From Eledone cirrhosa (lineage: Eukaryota), in NCBI GenBank assembly GCA_964016885.1, contig OZ024741.1, forward strand, positions 302,250,001 through 302,314,000: DNA of 64,000 bases. The letters are read 5' to 3'. Shown here one piece after another: positions 1 to 11,707 of this stretch (position 1 is the stretch's first letter; every line of letters begins with the position of its first letter). The translations under genes were made by a program, and so were the position numbers. A model generated the notes under the pieces. It saw only the letters and a program-made list of their open reading frames with translations. It was not told the DNA's origin and did no database searches.

Positions 1-1892
1 TCGACAAATGCCAAGTAGAGTGGCTTACTTTTAGCTAGGTACTTTTCCTGTAATTGCCTCACAAGGAAGAGCGCATCAGTGGTGCCTTTCCCTGGAACAA
101 ACCCAAATTGCATCTCGTCTATATTCACCCGGTCCCTAATCAGCTGTGCTATAACTCTTTCTGTTACTTTCATGACCTGGTCCATCAACTTTATACCTCT
201 ATAGTTTCCTCTATCTAGTGCATCGCCTTTACCTTTGTAGCAGTTGACAATGATGCTACTGCACCAATCTTTTGGTATGGCCCCCTCTAGTATTACCTGG
301 TTAACGATACGTGTGGTTATAGTGTGACCTACAGACCCAGATGCCTTCAGCATCTCGGCAGCTATACCCGATGGACCGGTTGCCTTCCCTATCTTCATAT
401 CTCTGATTGCCTTACTTACTACGCTGCCGCTGACTTGTACTGCTGGTCCCTCTATAGGGTCTACGTGGGGTAGGGTCTCTTCTTCCCATGCATTCTCCTC
501 ATTTAGTAATCTATCATAATGACTCTTCCATGCATCTTTCTTCTCAGCACTTGTGAGGGCAAGCTCACCTTTATCATTCCGGATACACTTCTCTCCAATG
601 ACATCACAACTATCTCTGACACACTGCCTCGCAATCTTGAATACCTCCTGTTTCTGGTCCTCACGTTGTAAAACATGCTTGAATTTTCTATCCTCTGCTT
701 CCCTCCTAGCTAAGTATACTTGTCGCCTAGCTTCCCTCTTGGTCTCTATGTAATGTACCCTGCTCCCCCCGTTCTTCCATTCTTTCCATGCCTGTCTCTT
801 GGCCTTGACTGCTTCATCTACCTTATTGTTCCACCACCAAGTCACTCTCCTCCTGCTTGAGGTCTTACTCCAGCCACAAACCTCATCCGTCGCCTCTAGT
901 AAGTTATTTTTTAGGAACTCCCAGTTCTCTTCTACGTTAAATGTCTCTATCTGTTCTTCTTTACTGTCGTAGGCGTTGAGTAAAATATCTTTAAATCTGT
1001 TACTGGTTGAGGGGACTTTCAGCTTCCAGATCTTTCTTCTCCAGGTTGGCCTCTGTTTCAGGGCACGTCTAGTTCTGACCGTGAGGTCGCTGACAACTAA
1101 GCTATGTTGGGATGTACATTCCTCACTAGGGAAGGCTTTTGTGTTTACGACCGTCCATCTGTCACGTCCTCTGATGAGGATAAAATCTAACTGACTAGAG
1201 TGCTCCCCTGATCTATAGGTGATCAGGTGGTTGTCGGGTTTTTTAAAGTTTGTGTTACATATCGACATGTCATTGGCGTCGCAGAATTCTAGAAGTCTGA
1301 ATCCTTCCTCATTCCTTGTGCCAACTCCATGGCCTCCATGTACTCTATTGAAGCCGTCGCAGTGTTTACCTACGTGTCCGTTAAAATCTCCTGCAATGAT
1401 TAGGAAGTCCTTGTCGTCTGTTAGAGCAGTAGTGTGTATTAGGGACTCGTAAAACCTATCCTTAAGTTCGTCTGGCAGCCCCGATTGGGGTGCGTAAGCT
1501 GATATTATTGTGGTAATTGTCTTATTCAGGACTAGTCTGAGTTTAATGATTCTTGCATTTACCCTGTACACTGAGATTACTTTATCTACCCACTTGTCAG
1601 CTAATAGTATACCTACACCACCCATCCCATCGTCATTTCCCACCCAGAAAAATTTGTAGCACTGGCTTTTTCCTACAAGGACTCTAGCAGACCCTCCTCT
1701 CCATCTAGTCTCTTGCACACAGCATACATCAACTTCCTTTCGCTCTAGCATTTCTACGATTTCTCCTGCTCTTCCTTTCATTGAGCCTACATTGATGGTA
1801 CCAACTCGGAGTTTTGGGCATTTGTCGACACTCGTAGGGGAGGGTCTCTGGGTTGGCGCTTCACGTGGGTGCTTGGTAGCTCGCAGATTCAT
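1..1892 (-). mobile_element. RTE-clade non-LTR retrotransposon ORF (AP endonuclease + start of reverse transcriptase), open to the window edge
   Basis: ATG at 1892. Translation gives LRVGTINVGSMKGRAGEIVEMLERKEVDVCCVQETRW (APE N-terminus) and, in the same frame at the edge, NYRGIKLMDQVMKV...QFGFVPGKGTTDALFLVRQLQEKY...LYLAFVD (RT). The ORF track reports no stop-terminated ORF in this frame, consistent with an uninterrupted frame running off the edge. Confidence 0.93.
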
Positions 1893-2139
1893 ATTTCATC
1901 TATTGATTCAGAGTTGCTCGTGTATTCCCAGCTCATCCATCCCTAACGGTGGGAAAATTGAGGGCTAGAAGGACAGTGGTGGTGGGGTAATGGCAGGGTG
2001 TGTTGGGATGCGCCAGAGGAGGAGAGAGTTAGTTAGGCAGGTAGTAGCAGCAGCAGCAGTGGAAATGGCATGCTAGGTCTGATTGGTCGAATAGACTATG
2101 GTGGTGTGTGGGGGTGGGGGGGAGGGAAATTGTGAGGTA

Positions 2140-3809
2140 GGAACTGAGGGTCGCATGGTAAATATCCAAGTTAATACTACATCAGTAAAATTAACAATAA
2201 TAACGTCATGAAAAAAGCTACTAAGAGAAACCCTCGAAAATTTATCGCTAATACAGCAGGGAAAATTTAACGCTAATACAGCAGGGAACATCATAATATT
2301 AACGACATGAAAAAGCTACTAAGAGAAACCCTCGAAAATTTATCGCTAATACAGCAGGGAAAATTTAACGCTAATACAGCAGGGAACATCATAATATTAA
2401 CGACAATATGTAGGCTAAAATACCTTCGTAGATTAGGTGGATGGCTGGCTGGGAAAATTTGAATCAGCTCTAGTGGTACATTTTAGCAGAGAAGAATGGC
2501 AAAGTGTCTTATCTCTTCAATATTTTCAGATTGAATGAATTAGGTTAAAGACAGGGTAGTAAGCCTTAAAGAAGTGCATAGAGGGGGGGGGGGTAGGTAG
2601 GAACTGAGGGTCGCATGGTAAATAACTGAGAGAGATACAATAGGATTAGAATACCGCATGGTAAATATCCAAGTTAATAAGTTAATACTACATCAGTAAA
2701 ATTAACAATAATAACGTCATGAAAAAAGCTACTAAGAGAAACCCTCGAAAATTTATCGCTAATACAGCAGGGAAAATTTAACGCTAATACAGCAGGGAAC
2801 ATCATAATATTAACGACAATATGTAGGCTAAAATACCTTCGTAGATTAGGTGGATGGCTGGCTGGGAAAATTTGAATCAGCTCTAGTGGTACATTTTAGC
2901 AGAGAAGAATGGCAAAGTGTCTTATCTCTTCAATATTTTCAGATTGAATGAATTAGGTTAAAGACAGGGTAGTAAGCCTTAAAGAAGTGCATAGAGGGGG
3001 GGGGGGGGTAGGTAGGAACTGAGGGTCGCATGGTAAATAACTGAGAGAGATACAATAGGATTAGAATACCGCATGGTAAATATCCAAGTTAATAAGTTAA
3101 TACTACATCAGTAAAGTTAACAATAATAACGTCATGAAAAAAGCTACTAAGAGAAACCCTCGAAAATTTATCGCTAATACAGCAGGGAAAATTTAACGCT
3201 AATACAGCAGGGAACATCATAATATTAACGACATGAAAAAGCTACTAAGAGAAACCCTCGAAAATTTATCGCTAATACAGCAGGGAAAATTTAACGCTAA
3301 TACAGCAGGGAACATCATAATATTAACGACATGAAAAAGCTACTAAGAGAAACCCTCGAAAATTTATCGCTAATACAGCAGGGAAAATTTAACGCTAATA
3401 CAGCAGGGAACATCATAATATTAACGACAATATGTAGGCTAAAATACCTTCGTAGATTAGGTGGATGGCTGGCTGGGAAAATTTGAATCAGCTCTAGTGG
3501 TACATTTTAGCAGAGAAGAATGGCAAAGTGTCTTATCTCTTCAATATTTTCAGATTGAATGAATTAGGTTCGCATGGTAAATAACTGAGAGAGATACAAT
3601 AGGATTAGAATACCGCATGGTAAATATCCAAGTTAATAAGTTAATACTACATCAGTAAAATTAACAATAATAACGTCATGAAAAAAGCTACTAAGAGAAA
3701 CCCTCGAAAATTTATCGCTAATACAGCAGGGAAAATTTAACGCTAATACAGCAGGGAACATCATAATATTAACGACATGAAAAAGCTACTAAGAGAAACC
3801 CTCGAAAAT
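2140..3809. repeat. Nested tandem array: ~99-bp monomer A and ~315-bp monomer B (A-A-B-A-B-A-A-A-B'-A-partial A), upstream of the RTE ORF
   Basis: Monomer A (atgaaaaaagctactaagagaaaccctcg...aatattaacgac) starts at 2208, 2307, 2719, 3134, 3233, 3331, 3678 and 3777. B (aatatgtaggctaaaatacc...aataacgtc) starts at 2405, 2818 and 3429, the last internally deleted. Copies are near-identical. Confidence 0.93.
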
Positions 3810-3846
3810 ATATATGGATGTATGTATATATATATTTATTAAAATA

Positions 3847-3922
3847 ACAGATTAAAGTTTAAGCAAAGAATCGCTGCTTTCGCACTTAACGGGATCTTCT
3901 GGAACTAAAAAAATCAATCTGT
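3847..3922 (-). ncRNA. Type I hammerhead ribozyme-like motif, CAGAAGA core variant (PLE pLTR), with mismatches
   Basis: Minus strand reads acagattga-ttttttt-agttc-CAGAAGA-tccc gttaa gtgc-GAAA-gcag cgattct ttgc-TT-aaact-ttaatctgt. Paralogues at 7953-8024 and 22306-22381. Confidence 0.55.
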
Positions 3923-4627
3923 GAACACAGAAGTAAATATTTCGAAAAACGTTGCAACTGAAGGAAAACAGGAAGACGATACTTTGGTTCATGAAGACGT
4001 TCCCTGGCAATGAACGGAAAAAAGCGAAGATAATACGTTATGTGGAGCGATGAGAACAATTACACGCAAAGACAGAACCACGTTTATGGTATAAATGAAG
4101 TCGTAGACTAATATTCTTTTTAGGAAACCTAATGATTCTCGGCTTCAGAGTTAAGAATAATGCAAATAAATTAGTAGAACAAAAATGATAAAGGTTATTA
4201 AAATCAATAATAATTAAAATATACATACACGCATCAATATAAATACAAACACGTGCATATATGAAAATACCCACCATGCATGCAAATACATGCATGTACA
4301 CATAAACACGCGCACACATACATACCCGCGCGACACCTTTACCCGCACACATGCGAACGTATACACCAAATACACATAAAAAATACACGTGTGTGTGTAT
4401 ACATATTATAAACGTATATAAACACACACACATAAATACATATATAACGCACGCACATACCTACAGGTAAAAACACATGTTCACCATACGCACGTCAACC
4501 AAAACACAATATACACATATACACACCTTACATACGTGCAAACACGCATACGCATACAAACACAAATACACATATGCGCATAACCATATACACATATACC
4601 AGTATATATAATATATTATATACACCT

Positions 4628-4798
4628 ATCGGTAGAGGGTTGGACGCCATGCTTTCTAGCATAGTTACGTCCCTTTACGGTCTGAGTTCAAATCCCGTCG
4701 AGGTTAACTTTTCCTTTCATCCTTACTGGGTCTATAAATTAAAGTACCAGTAATACACTGGAGTAATTGCTGGCCTTGTGCCAAAAGTAGAAACAATT
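4628..4798 (+). mobile_element. tRNA-derived SINE, family 1 (5' clipped)
   Basis: B-box gagttcaaatccc. Body matches copies at 5838, 25433 and 53546, ending ...gtagaaacaattat. Confidence 0.8.
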
Positions 4799-5802
4799 AT
4801 ATACGCCTATATACGTACGAGTAAGTATACGTACCTTCACGAAACATACGGGTAATGTATACTTAGCTACCACATCAAGACGTAAATAATCCGCGTATTG
4901 TTCGTACTATCCTTTAGGGTATAATGTGGGGCTGTAATACAGGAAACTTTTATACAATTTGTGTTTATAAGCCAAAATTGCCTCAGATTTTTTGTTTAAG
5001 ATGTGTTTATTGGCATAGAGTATTTCCAGGGCTTCTGTGGCGCAAAGATCGCATGATCTTTTATTTCCATTATACGATCTAGCCTTAGCTTGGATCTCCC
5101 AGTGTAACCTATATTGGGTGTGGTTGTCTTTTAGACTCCAGATATAAGCTGAAAGTGACGTCATATTTGACCTTACATTTGTAGACAATGTTACTGGAGA
5201 GGCATTTCCCGGATAGAGGGCAGTCAACCTGATTCCTACAGTTAGTACTAGCTACAGAGTTGCATGTGTTCCTACGGCTAGGTAATTTAGCTAAATTTGA
5301 AGCAGTGATGTTATGTGCAAGGTTAGGAGTCGTAGAGTAAGATATTTTAATGGCATTTCTATTAAAAATTTTATATTTCTGTGCTGAGGGGAAATGCTTC
5401 TTAATAAGGGAGACGAAGATCTTAGCTAATGGTGTGGCCACCTCCATATTATATGGTGGGTTATACCATATAATGCGTTGGGATCTATTTTTCCTTGGTC
5501 TATGCTCATGCTTAATATATGCTACCTTATCAACAAATCCACTCAACTTCATTAATATGTGGAATGGTCGTTGAAAATATGCTCGTTAGTAGATAGACGG
5601 GAAAGCCTCAAAGAAACGTTTCTTACCAGGTTCTTGGTTATGCTGGCAGGATGGTTAGAATGCTTACTTATGTAATTAAGCGTATTATTTGACTTTCTAT
5701 ATGGGTAGTGCGGGCTATTCGTCAAATTGAGGGTAACGTCAAGGTAATTAATGACCGAGAGGTTGGCCTCAACCTGTATGCAGCGGTTGAAGCCTTTTTT
5801 AA

Positions 5803-7046
5803 CCCTTTAGCATTCGCATTAATTTTCAAACGTCATAGCGGTGGATTGGCAGTATCGGTAGAAGGTCGGACGCCATGCTTTGCAGCATAGAGTTACGGCT
5901 CTTTATGATCTGAGTTCAAATCCCGCCGAGGTTAACTTTGCCTTTCATCCTTACGGGGTCGATAAAATAAAGTACCAGTAATGCACTGGGTAATTGCTGG
6001 CCTTGTGCCTAAAGTAGAAACAATTATTTTCAGTTAATCAATTTTATTTGAGGGTTATCAATTTTATTTGTTTGTAATTTTTTTAATTTTCTATGTGCAT
6101 GCTTGAAATTTTGTCAGATGTTTAAATATTAATAATTTACAATTATATAATTTTACCTGATTTTTTTTTGGTCAAATTTGACTTTTCTGGGCAGGTGAAA
6201 TTAATTAATAGGGGCATTTGAAGTATCAACCAGGTGAAAATACTGGTTTAATTTTAAATACGTTTTCGGCATAATACTTGATATATAAGAATCACTAAAC
6301 CTTATATCAGCGCTCCAGTAATTCCACAGTCTTGGAAATTGTTTTATACCGAACATAATATTTACGGTAAAAAATGCTTGAATTTCCGCAAGCATCTGTT
6401 GGTCGCCAAACAGATCAGGTTTTCCTCGATTTGAAATCTGTTGTTGGGCATATCGATTAATCTCTTCTGCCACAACTTTGAAGAAAGTTTGTGGTAAAAA
6501 CAACAAGAAATAATCCAGTGCTTTAGCATCGGGAGCTAATGTGTGTTGTGGACCAGTATTTTGAATAAAATCGGGAATATATATTAGTGTGGTATTTTTC
6601 AACCACGTTGCTGTAATATTTTCAATGGCGTCTGGAGACCACCTTTGTTTTCACTTTCAAAACGACAATCATCATCGGACAAAATTTCAGAAATATAAAC
6701 AGATTAATTTGAAGATAAATCACTAATATTATCGTTTGTTTCTTGTTTATTCTGAATGTCGTCGTGTGTAAAACCTTCAAAGTCGGGATGGCTACTTTCA
6801 TGTTGATACAAAAAAAAAATTTGTTGCACTTTCAAAGTTAAAAAAACACTTGTTGTTTTAAGTTGTTCCACTATATTAAGTGTTAATTTTCGCGGTAATG
6901 GCCTAATCTCGCAGCAGTCTGGAATTGACGAGATTTTGATGATGGTTTGTTTATTTTTAGAACAATTTTTTAGTGTGGGTGTTTTGGGGCGATTTCGGGC
7001 GGTTTGAACAAATGAAGGGGAAATAATTTCGGGCGATTTCAGACGG
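5803..7046 (-). mobile_element. Internally deleted piggyBac-family element inserted in the PLE
   Basis: TTAA at 5799-5802 and 7047-7050, and the PLE reading frame rejoins across it (ELTAFF|KKGF). ORF 6201-6602 (LDYFLLFL...EINRYAQQ...EIQAFF...NYWS...YFHLVD) resembles a piggyBac transposase N-terminal region. The left end ccctttagcatt is shared with MITEs downstream. Confidence 0.8.
5838..6026 (+). mobile_element. tRNA-derived SINE, family 1
   Basis: A-box-like tggcagtatcgg and B-box gagttcaaatccc; four copies in the window. Confidence 0.85.
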
Positions 7047-7204
7047 TTAAAGAAGGCTGTGAGTTCTTTTCTGAACCTATCGCAAGAACGTGGACCGCAC
7101 TTAGTCATGGTCAAAAACCCGTCATCACGGTACAAACCACCGCCCACGTTGGGGAATTCTTCCTTGATAGAGAAAAGAATATATATATATATGTATATAA
7201 CATT

Positions 7205-8058
7205 TGATGCCTCTTATGCTTAGTCTCTCTCTCAATTCGTTTATGCTTTGCCGTTTGTGTACATTACTATTACACATCCATCAGATCATGCAAGCTTCAT
7301 TTCTTTCTAATCTACGCAAGTCTTCAGCATACAACGGGTCTCACTACCATGTAATATCGCCGTTCGTATACAAGCATCATACAATCTGCCTTTCACTTTT
7401 AGAGTAAAACCCCTTGTGGCCAACAGCAGTATTAGCTCTCTGAACTTTTTCCATCCCTTTTTAACTTTGGCTACTGTACTTTCAGAGCACCCTCCTCCAC
7501 TGCTGATTTTGTCACCCAGGCACCGGAAAGTGTCTACTATTTCTATAGAACCATCAAGGCAGTTGAAGGAGATAGCATCCAGTGGGCACTTGCCACTTAT
7601 TGCACCTGATCATTGGCCACATATAAAATCTACATTCTTAGATAGCTTGCCTGCGATCCCACTACAACTTTTATGTACCCATAGTTTGTATTTGGGGCAT
7701 AGAATGGAATTTCTACCTACTTCCTTCTTACACACTGAGCATGGCCATTTTCCTTGCTACATACTAAAACTTTAGTCTTAGACTAGCAGAATGGCCTGGC
7801 GTTGCTCGAGATTTGCTCTAGGGTTCTTATATATTTGATATATATTTATCCTTACCTAGCCTCATGAAATAAATACGTTTGTTTATATTTTGTTATTGTG
7901 TATGCAAAAATATCTGTACTTGAATATATAATTATATATATATATATAACATATTAAAGTTTAAGCAAAGAATCGCTGCTTTCGCCCTTAACGAGATCTT
8001 CTGAAGCTAAAAAAATCAATCTGTGAATGCAGAAGTAAATATTTCGAAAAACATTACA

Positions 8059-8100
<42 letters not shown>

Positions 8101-8582
8101 ACATATACAAACACACACACACACAACTACGTCATAATGTCGTAATGCAGACAGCCAGGCATACAGACAGATATTATAAGGACGCAACGTTATATCTATG
8201 TATCTATCTAAAAAGAGAAAGACTAAGAATTATAGAGAGAGATCGCTAAATTGCCTAATGCGGTCCCTAGGGATTGAAAATTTGAAATATTTTTTTCTTA
8301 AAACACTCACAGGACCATAAGTGTTACACGTGTAATTGTTTGAAAACAATCGGTTGGGTGGTTCTCGAGTTTTAGTGATTGTCAGACAGACATTCTCTGT
8401 TTTAGATATATAGATAAGTTAACTTTAAGGCCTTTTGATTCTAGGCCATCCTTCCATGTTTGGAACTTCTCTTGTTCAGCCATGGATTCAGCTATGCGAG
8501 TTAGATCATCTGCATATAGAAGTTCCCAGAGGCAGCCAGTCTTAAACCCTTCTGTTATAGCCTGTAGGACAATAATAAACAG
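7205..8582 (-). mobile_element. RTE LINE 3' fragment split by a Helitron
   Basis: WELLYADDL at ~8500-8530. The sequence rejoins across 7783-8414 to match the uninterrupted paralogue at ~26110-26150. Confidence 0.8.
7783..8414 (-). mobile_element. Non-autonomous Helitron-type element
   Basis: Minus strand begins TC and ends ...gcaacgccaggccattctgCTAG. It sits between A7782 and T8415 with no TSD and is homologous to 44239-44900. Confidence 0.8.
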
Positions 8583-8616
8583 GAGTATATATATACATAT
8601 GTTTGTATATATATAT

Positions 8617-8920
8617 CACAAAAAAAAGAGAATCAGTGTTGCGACAAATGGAATTTATTGGACATATTACAATCGTTTCTCTGACGACCAGCTCGAGGCA
8701 TGATCGATGTGATGATCGAACCTGACTCTGAAAATCGCATGGTCCTCAGATTACAAAATCTGCTTTGTAGAATTAAGATGTATCTGAGGACCATGCGATT
8801 TTCAGAGTCAGGTTTGATCATCACATCGATCGTGCCTCGAGCTGATCGCCAGAGAAACGATTGTAATATGTCAAATAAATTCCATTCGTCGCAACACTGA
8901 TTCTCTTTTTTTTTTTGGTG
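8617..8920. repeat. 304-bp fold-back palindrome made of two inverted PLE-type termini, each with a hammerhead core
   Basis: Arms 8617-8751 and 8782-8920 are near-perfect reverse complements around a 30-bp spacer. The arm is homologous to 41600-41725. Confidence 0.9.
8777..8872 (+). ncRNA. Type I hammerhead ribozyme-like motif with long stem II
   Basis: gatgtat-CTGAGGA-(long stem II)-GAAAC-gatt-GTA-atatgtc. Stem I has 7 bp including G-U pairs; the base of stem II pairs imperfectly. Confidence 0.6.
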
Positions 8921-8998
8921 ATATCATACTCTGCTGTATGAGAGCATCGAGTGCTCAAATGGCCTACCGCATACGGACGCTTTAAGCATCCAACACCA

Positions 8999-9055
<57 letters not shown>

Positions 9056-9093
9056 TTGCGAGGTTTTTTATATGAAATCGTGTGTCGAAACAA

Positions 9094-9984
9094 ATATTGT
9101 TATACTTGGGGAGGGTCATATTTGTGTAATATTGCCAGAATTAATAACTGTAAAAATTAATAACTGTAAAACTAGAAACATAATCTATAGCATAAGATGT
9201 ACAGAGAGTACTTGCAGAAACATGACAACAACATACATAGGTGAGACAGCTCGTAGCATAGGTGAAAGGATAGACCAACACTGGGGGGAACTAAAAGGAC
9301 GAAAAAACGGGTCAGTACTATACGAACATGCCAGACAACAACATGACGGTAACATAGACAACATAGAAATTAGAATAATATCTAAACATAGAAATGACCC
9401 AGCAGATAGGCAAATCAGAGAGGCCAGTGAAATAGAACTTAGAAGACCAAGACTAAACAGAAAGAATGAATGGAATAACAACAACACCCAAACAAACAAC
9501 ACTGACCTAAGAGAAGTATAAATAAATAAATACATACACAAGCACATAAACACACACTAGTCACCCAATCATGAAGACACATCACACATCAAACAAAACA
9601 CTATACACACACGCAAACGCATGCGCAAAGAAGACAAAATAAAATAAACAAACAAGCAAATAAATAAACAAATATATAGACAGACTGAATAAAAATGGCG
9701 TATACATACAATACAACGGGAGGAAACAATAGCACCACTGACAATGTTGCAGATGTGCAACGAAAGATTTATGATAAACTATATATATGTGTTTGTGTCT
9801 ATATTGTATCTGTATTATTTTTGACCGTCGGTCAGTCAATGGCAACATTGAGGACCGAGTAAATTAGGTTACCGATATAAAAGACACAGAAGCGAAAAGC
9901 GAAAACCAACCAAACAGTGAGTGTGTTCTGTTATTAATTCTGGCAATATTACAGAAATATGACCCTCCCCAAGTATAACAATAT
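9094..9984 (+). mobile_element. 5'-truncated Penelope-like element: GIY-YIG C-terminus, pLTR, inverted terminal copy
   Basis: ORF 9072-9521: NCKTRNIIYSIRC...YIGETARSIGERIDQH...LYEH...RQIREA...PRLNRKNEW. 55-bp inverted repeats at 9094-9148 and 9930-9984. Degenerate hammerhead at 9733-9776. Confidence 0.85.
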
Positions 9985-10699
9985 ATATATATATATAACC
10001 AAAAGTTATATATGTATGTATGTTTGTATATGTATGTCAGGTCACCAGTTGGTGCTACTGGTAACATGTATCCCAGTACAACCTGTCCCATGGTCGGGTC
10101 GTTGGCGACTAAACTGGCAACCCCACCAAGGTTTCTTGGTGAGGAGGGTGACTTTTGACATCCTGCAGGACTAAAAACAAAACCTGTCAAAGACAAAGGA
10201 GCTCTTAAGAGTCAATGGCCATCCAAAATCACCAGGAGAGATGACCCCTTAGCCTTTGTCAAAGCAGAATTCTAGGAGAAGGAAAACTCTGATATAACAC
10301 CTGCAACCCTGATGGTATCCAATGATGTTGACTTGTTCTTCTTTTTGGTAAATATCATCTTGGTTAAGAGAGTGGGACTGGCTTTGTGTAGTGCCTTTGC
10401 TCACTATAAAAGCTTCACGGCACAGGCATTGCTTTATATCTGGAGATCTCTCTGCACTTGTCATCACATGGTACCATGGGCCCAGCACTATGTGTCAATA
10501 ATTGTCACAAGTGTAGTATTTGTACCAGAGTTTTCAAATCGCTGGCTGGACTAAAAAGTCACACTTGTTTAGCGCATCGGCTGGGGGGTGCTCCTACATG
10601 GATATAAAGTAGTGGCCGTACTCGAAAACGAGTTGGCAGCCACCATATGTATGTATGTATGTATGTATATATATGCATCTATGTATATATATATATATA

Positions 10700-10886
10700 G
10701 TTTACTCAGCTGTAGAAATGAGATGTTAGAGACTGGGGTCCCTATCATTCCACTGCAAAGTGGTCATGGAGGTGCCACGGCAAAAAAAGCATCCAGCTGT
10801 AGAAATCAAGCCAGAATCAGTTCCCGTCCCACCCTTGCAAGCAGGGAAAAAGCGGACGTAAAATGAAATGAAATGAAATGAAATGA

Positions 10887-10889
<3 letters not shown>
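10700..10889 (+). mobile_element. SINE family 2, 5'-truncated copy
   Basis: Matches the 3' half of 11708-12046; (aaatg)n/(gat)n tail. Confidence 0.8.
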
Positions 10890-10935
<46 letters not shown>

Positions 10936-11024
10936 TGTTTGTATATATATATGTGTGTATATATATGTGTGTGTATGTATATATATATATATGTGTGGGT
11001 GGGTGTGTGTATGTATGTATATGT

Positions 11025-11270
11025 ATCATTTCATCATTTCATTTCATTTTACGTACACTTTTTCCCTGCTTGCAAGGGTGGGACGGGAACTGATTTTGGC
11101 TTGGTTTCTACAGCTGGATGCCCTTCCTAACACCAACCTCATTTACAGTGAGTGCTGGGTGCTTTTTTGCCGTGGCACCTACACGACCACTTTACAGTGG
11201 AATGATAGGGACCCCAGTCCCTATCATCTCATTTCTACAGCCGAGTAAACTGGAGCAATGTGAAATAAAG
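11025..11270 (-). mobile_element. SINE family 2, 5'-truncated copy
   Basis: Reverse complement of the 3' part of 11708-12046. Confidence 0.8.
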
Positions 11271-11707
11271 TATATATATATGTATATGTGTATGTATGTA
11301 TATATATGCATTTATCATCATCATCATCTTTGTTTAACGTCTATCTTCCACGCTAGCATGGGTTAGACGGGAGTTGTCCCACTTGAGGCAAGGTGTCTCG
11401 CTCACATAGGACTATCTGGCAGGTTTTCTACGGCTGGATGCCCTTCTTAACACCAATGTATGTATGTATGTATATATATATGTGTGTGTGTATGTATGTA
11501 TGTTTGTATATATATATATATGTGTGTGTATGTATATATATATGTGTGTGTGTATCTATATGTATGTAAGGATCGTCTAGTTTCTTGAAACCTTTGGTAA
11601 TGGAATAATTATATTGTATTGTTTATTATTAATTAAATAAAAAAAAAAATATATATATATATATACATACACATATATATATACACACATGATGATGATA
11701 TATATGT

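Larger units (their letters stand above)
3835..7175 (-). mobile_element. Decayed Penelope-like element (RT + GIY-YIG remnants, 3' pLTR), interrupted by SINEs and a piggyBac-derived insert
   Basis: GLYRDDG (7147 ORF), INYLDVTLNL (~5730), IIWYNPPYN...CPLSGKCLSSNIVYKC (5109-5552) and WEIQAKARSY...CDLCATEALEIL...LNKKSE (4907-5227) are typical PLE RT/GIY-YIG motifs. A hammerhead-like motif lies at the 3' end (3847-3922). Confidence 0.85.

Noticed and set aside
553-1452. Plus-strand ORFs of 66-77 aa
   Set aside because: Antisense shadows of the RTE ORF.
2140-3809. CRISPR-like repeat array
   Set aside because: Units are 99 and 315 bp, the intervening sequences are themselves repeats rather than unique spacers, there are no cas genes, and the context is eukaryotic.
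8617-8920. CAC...GTG-ended DNA-transposon MITE (Chapaev/Transib-like) with ATAT TSD
   Set aside because: The arm is homologous to the non-palindromic hammerhead-bearing terminus at 41600-41725. ATAT flanks are uninformative in a TA tract.
10817-11366. YIYI/CVCV-rich ORFs (also at 4038, 7954, 8821, 24781, 25805, 27083, 40982)
   Set aside because: Translations of (TA)n/(CA)n microsatellites and SINE sequence.
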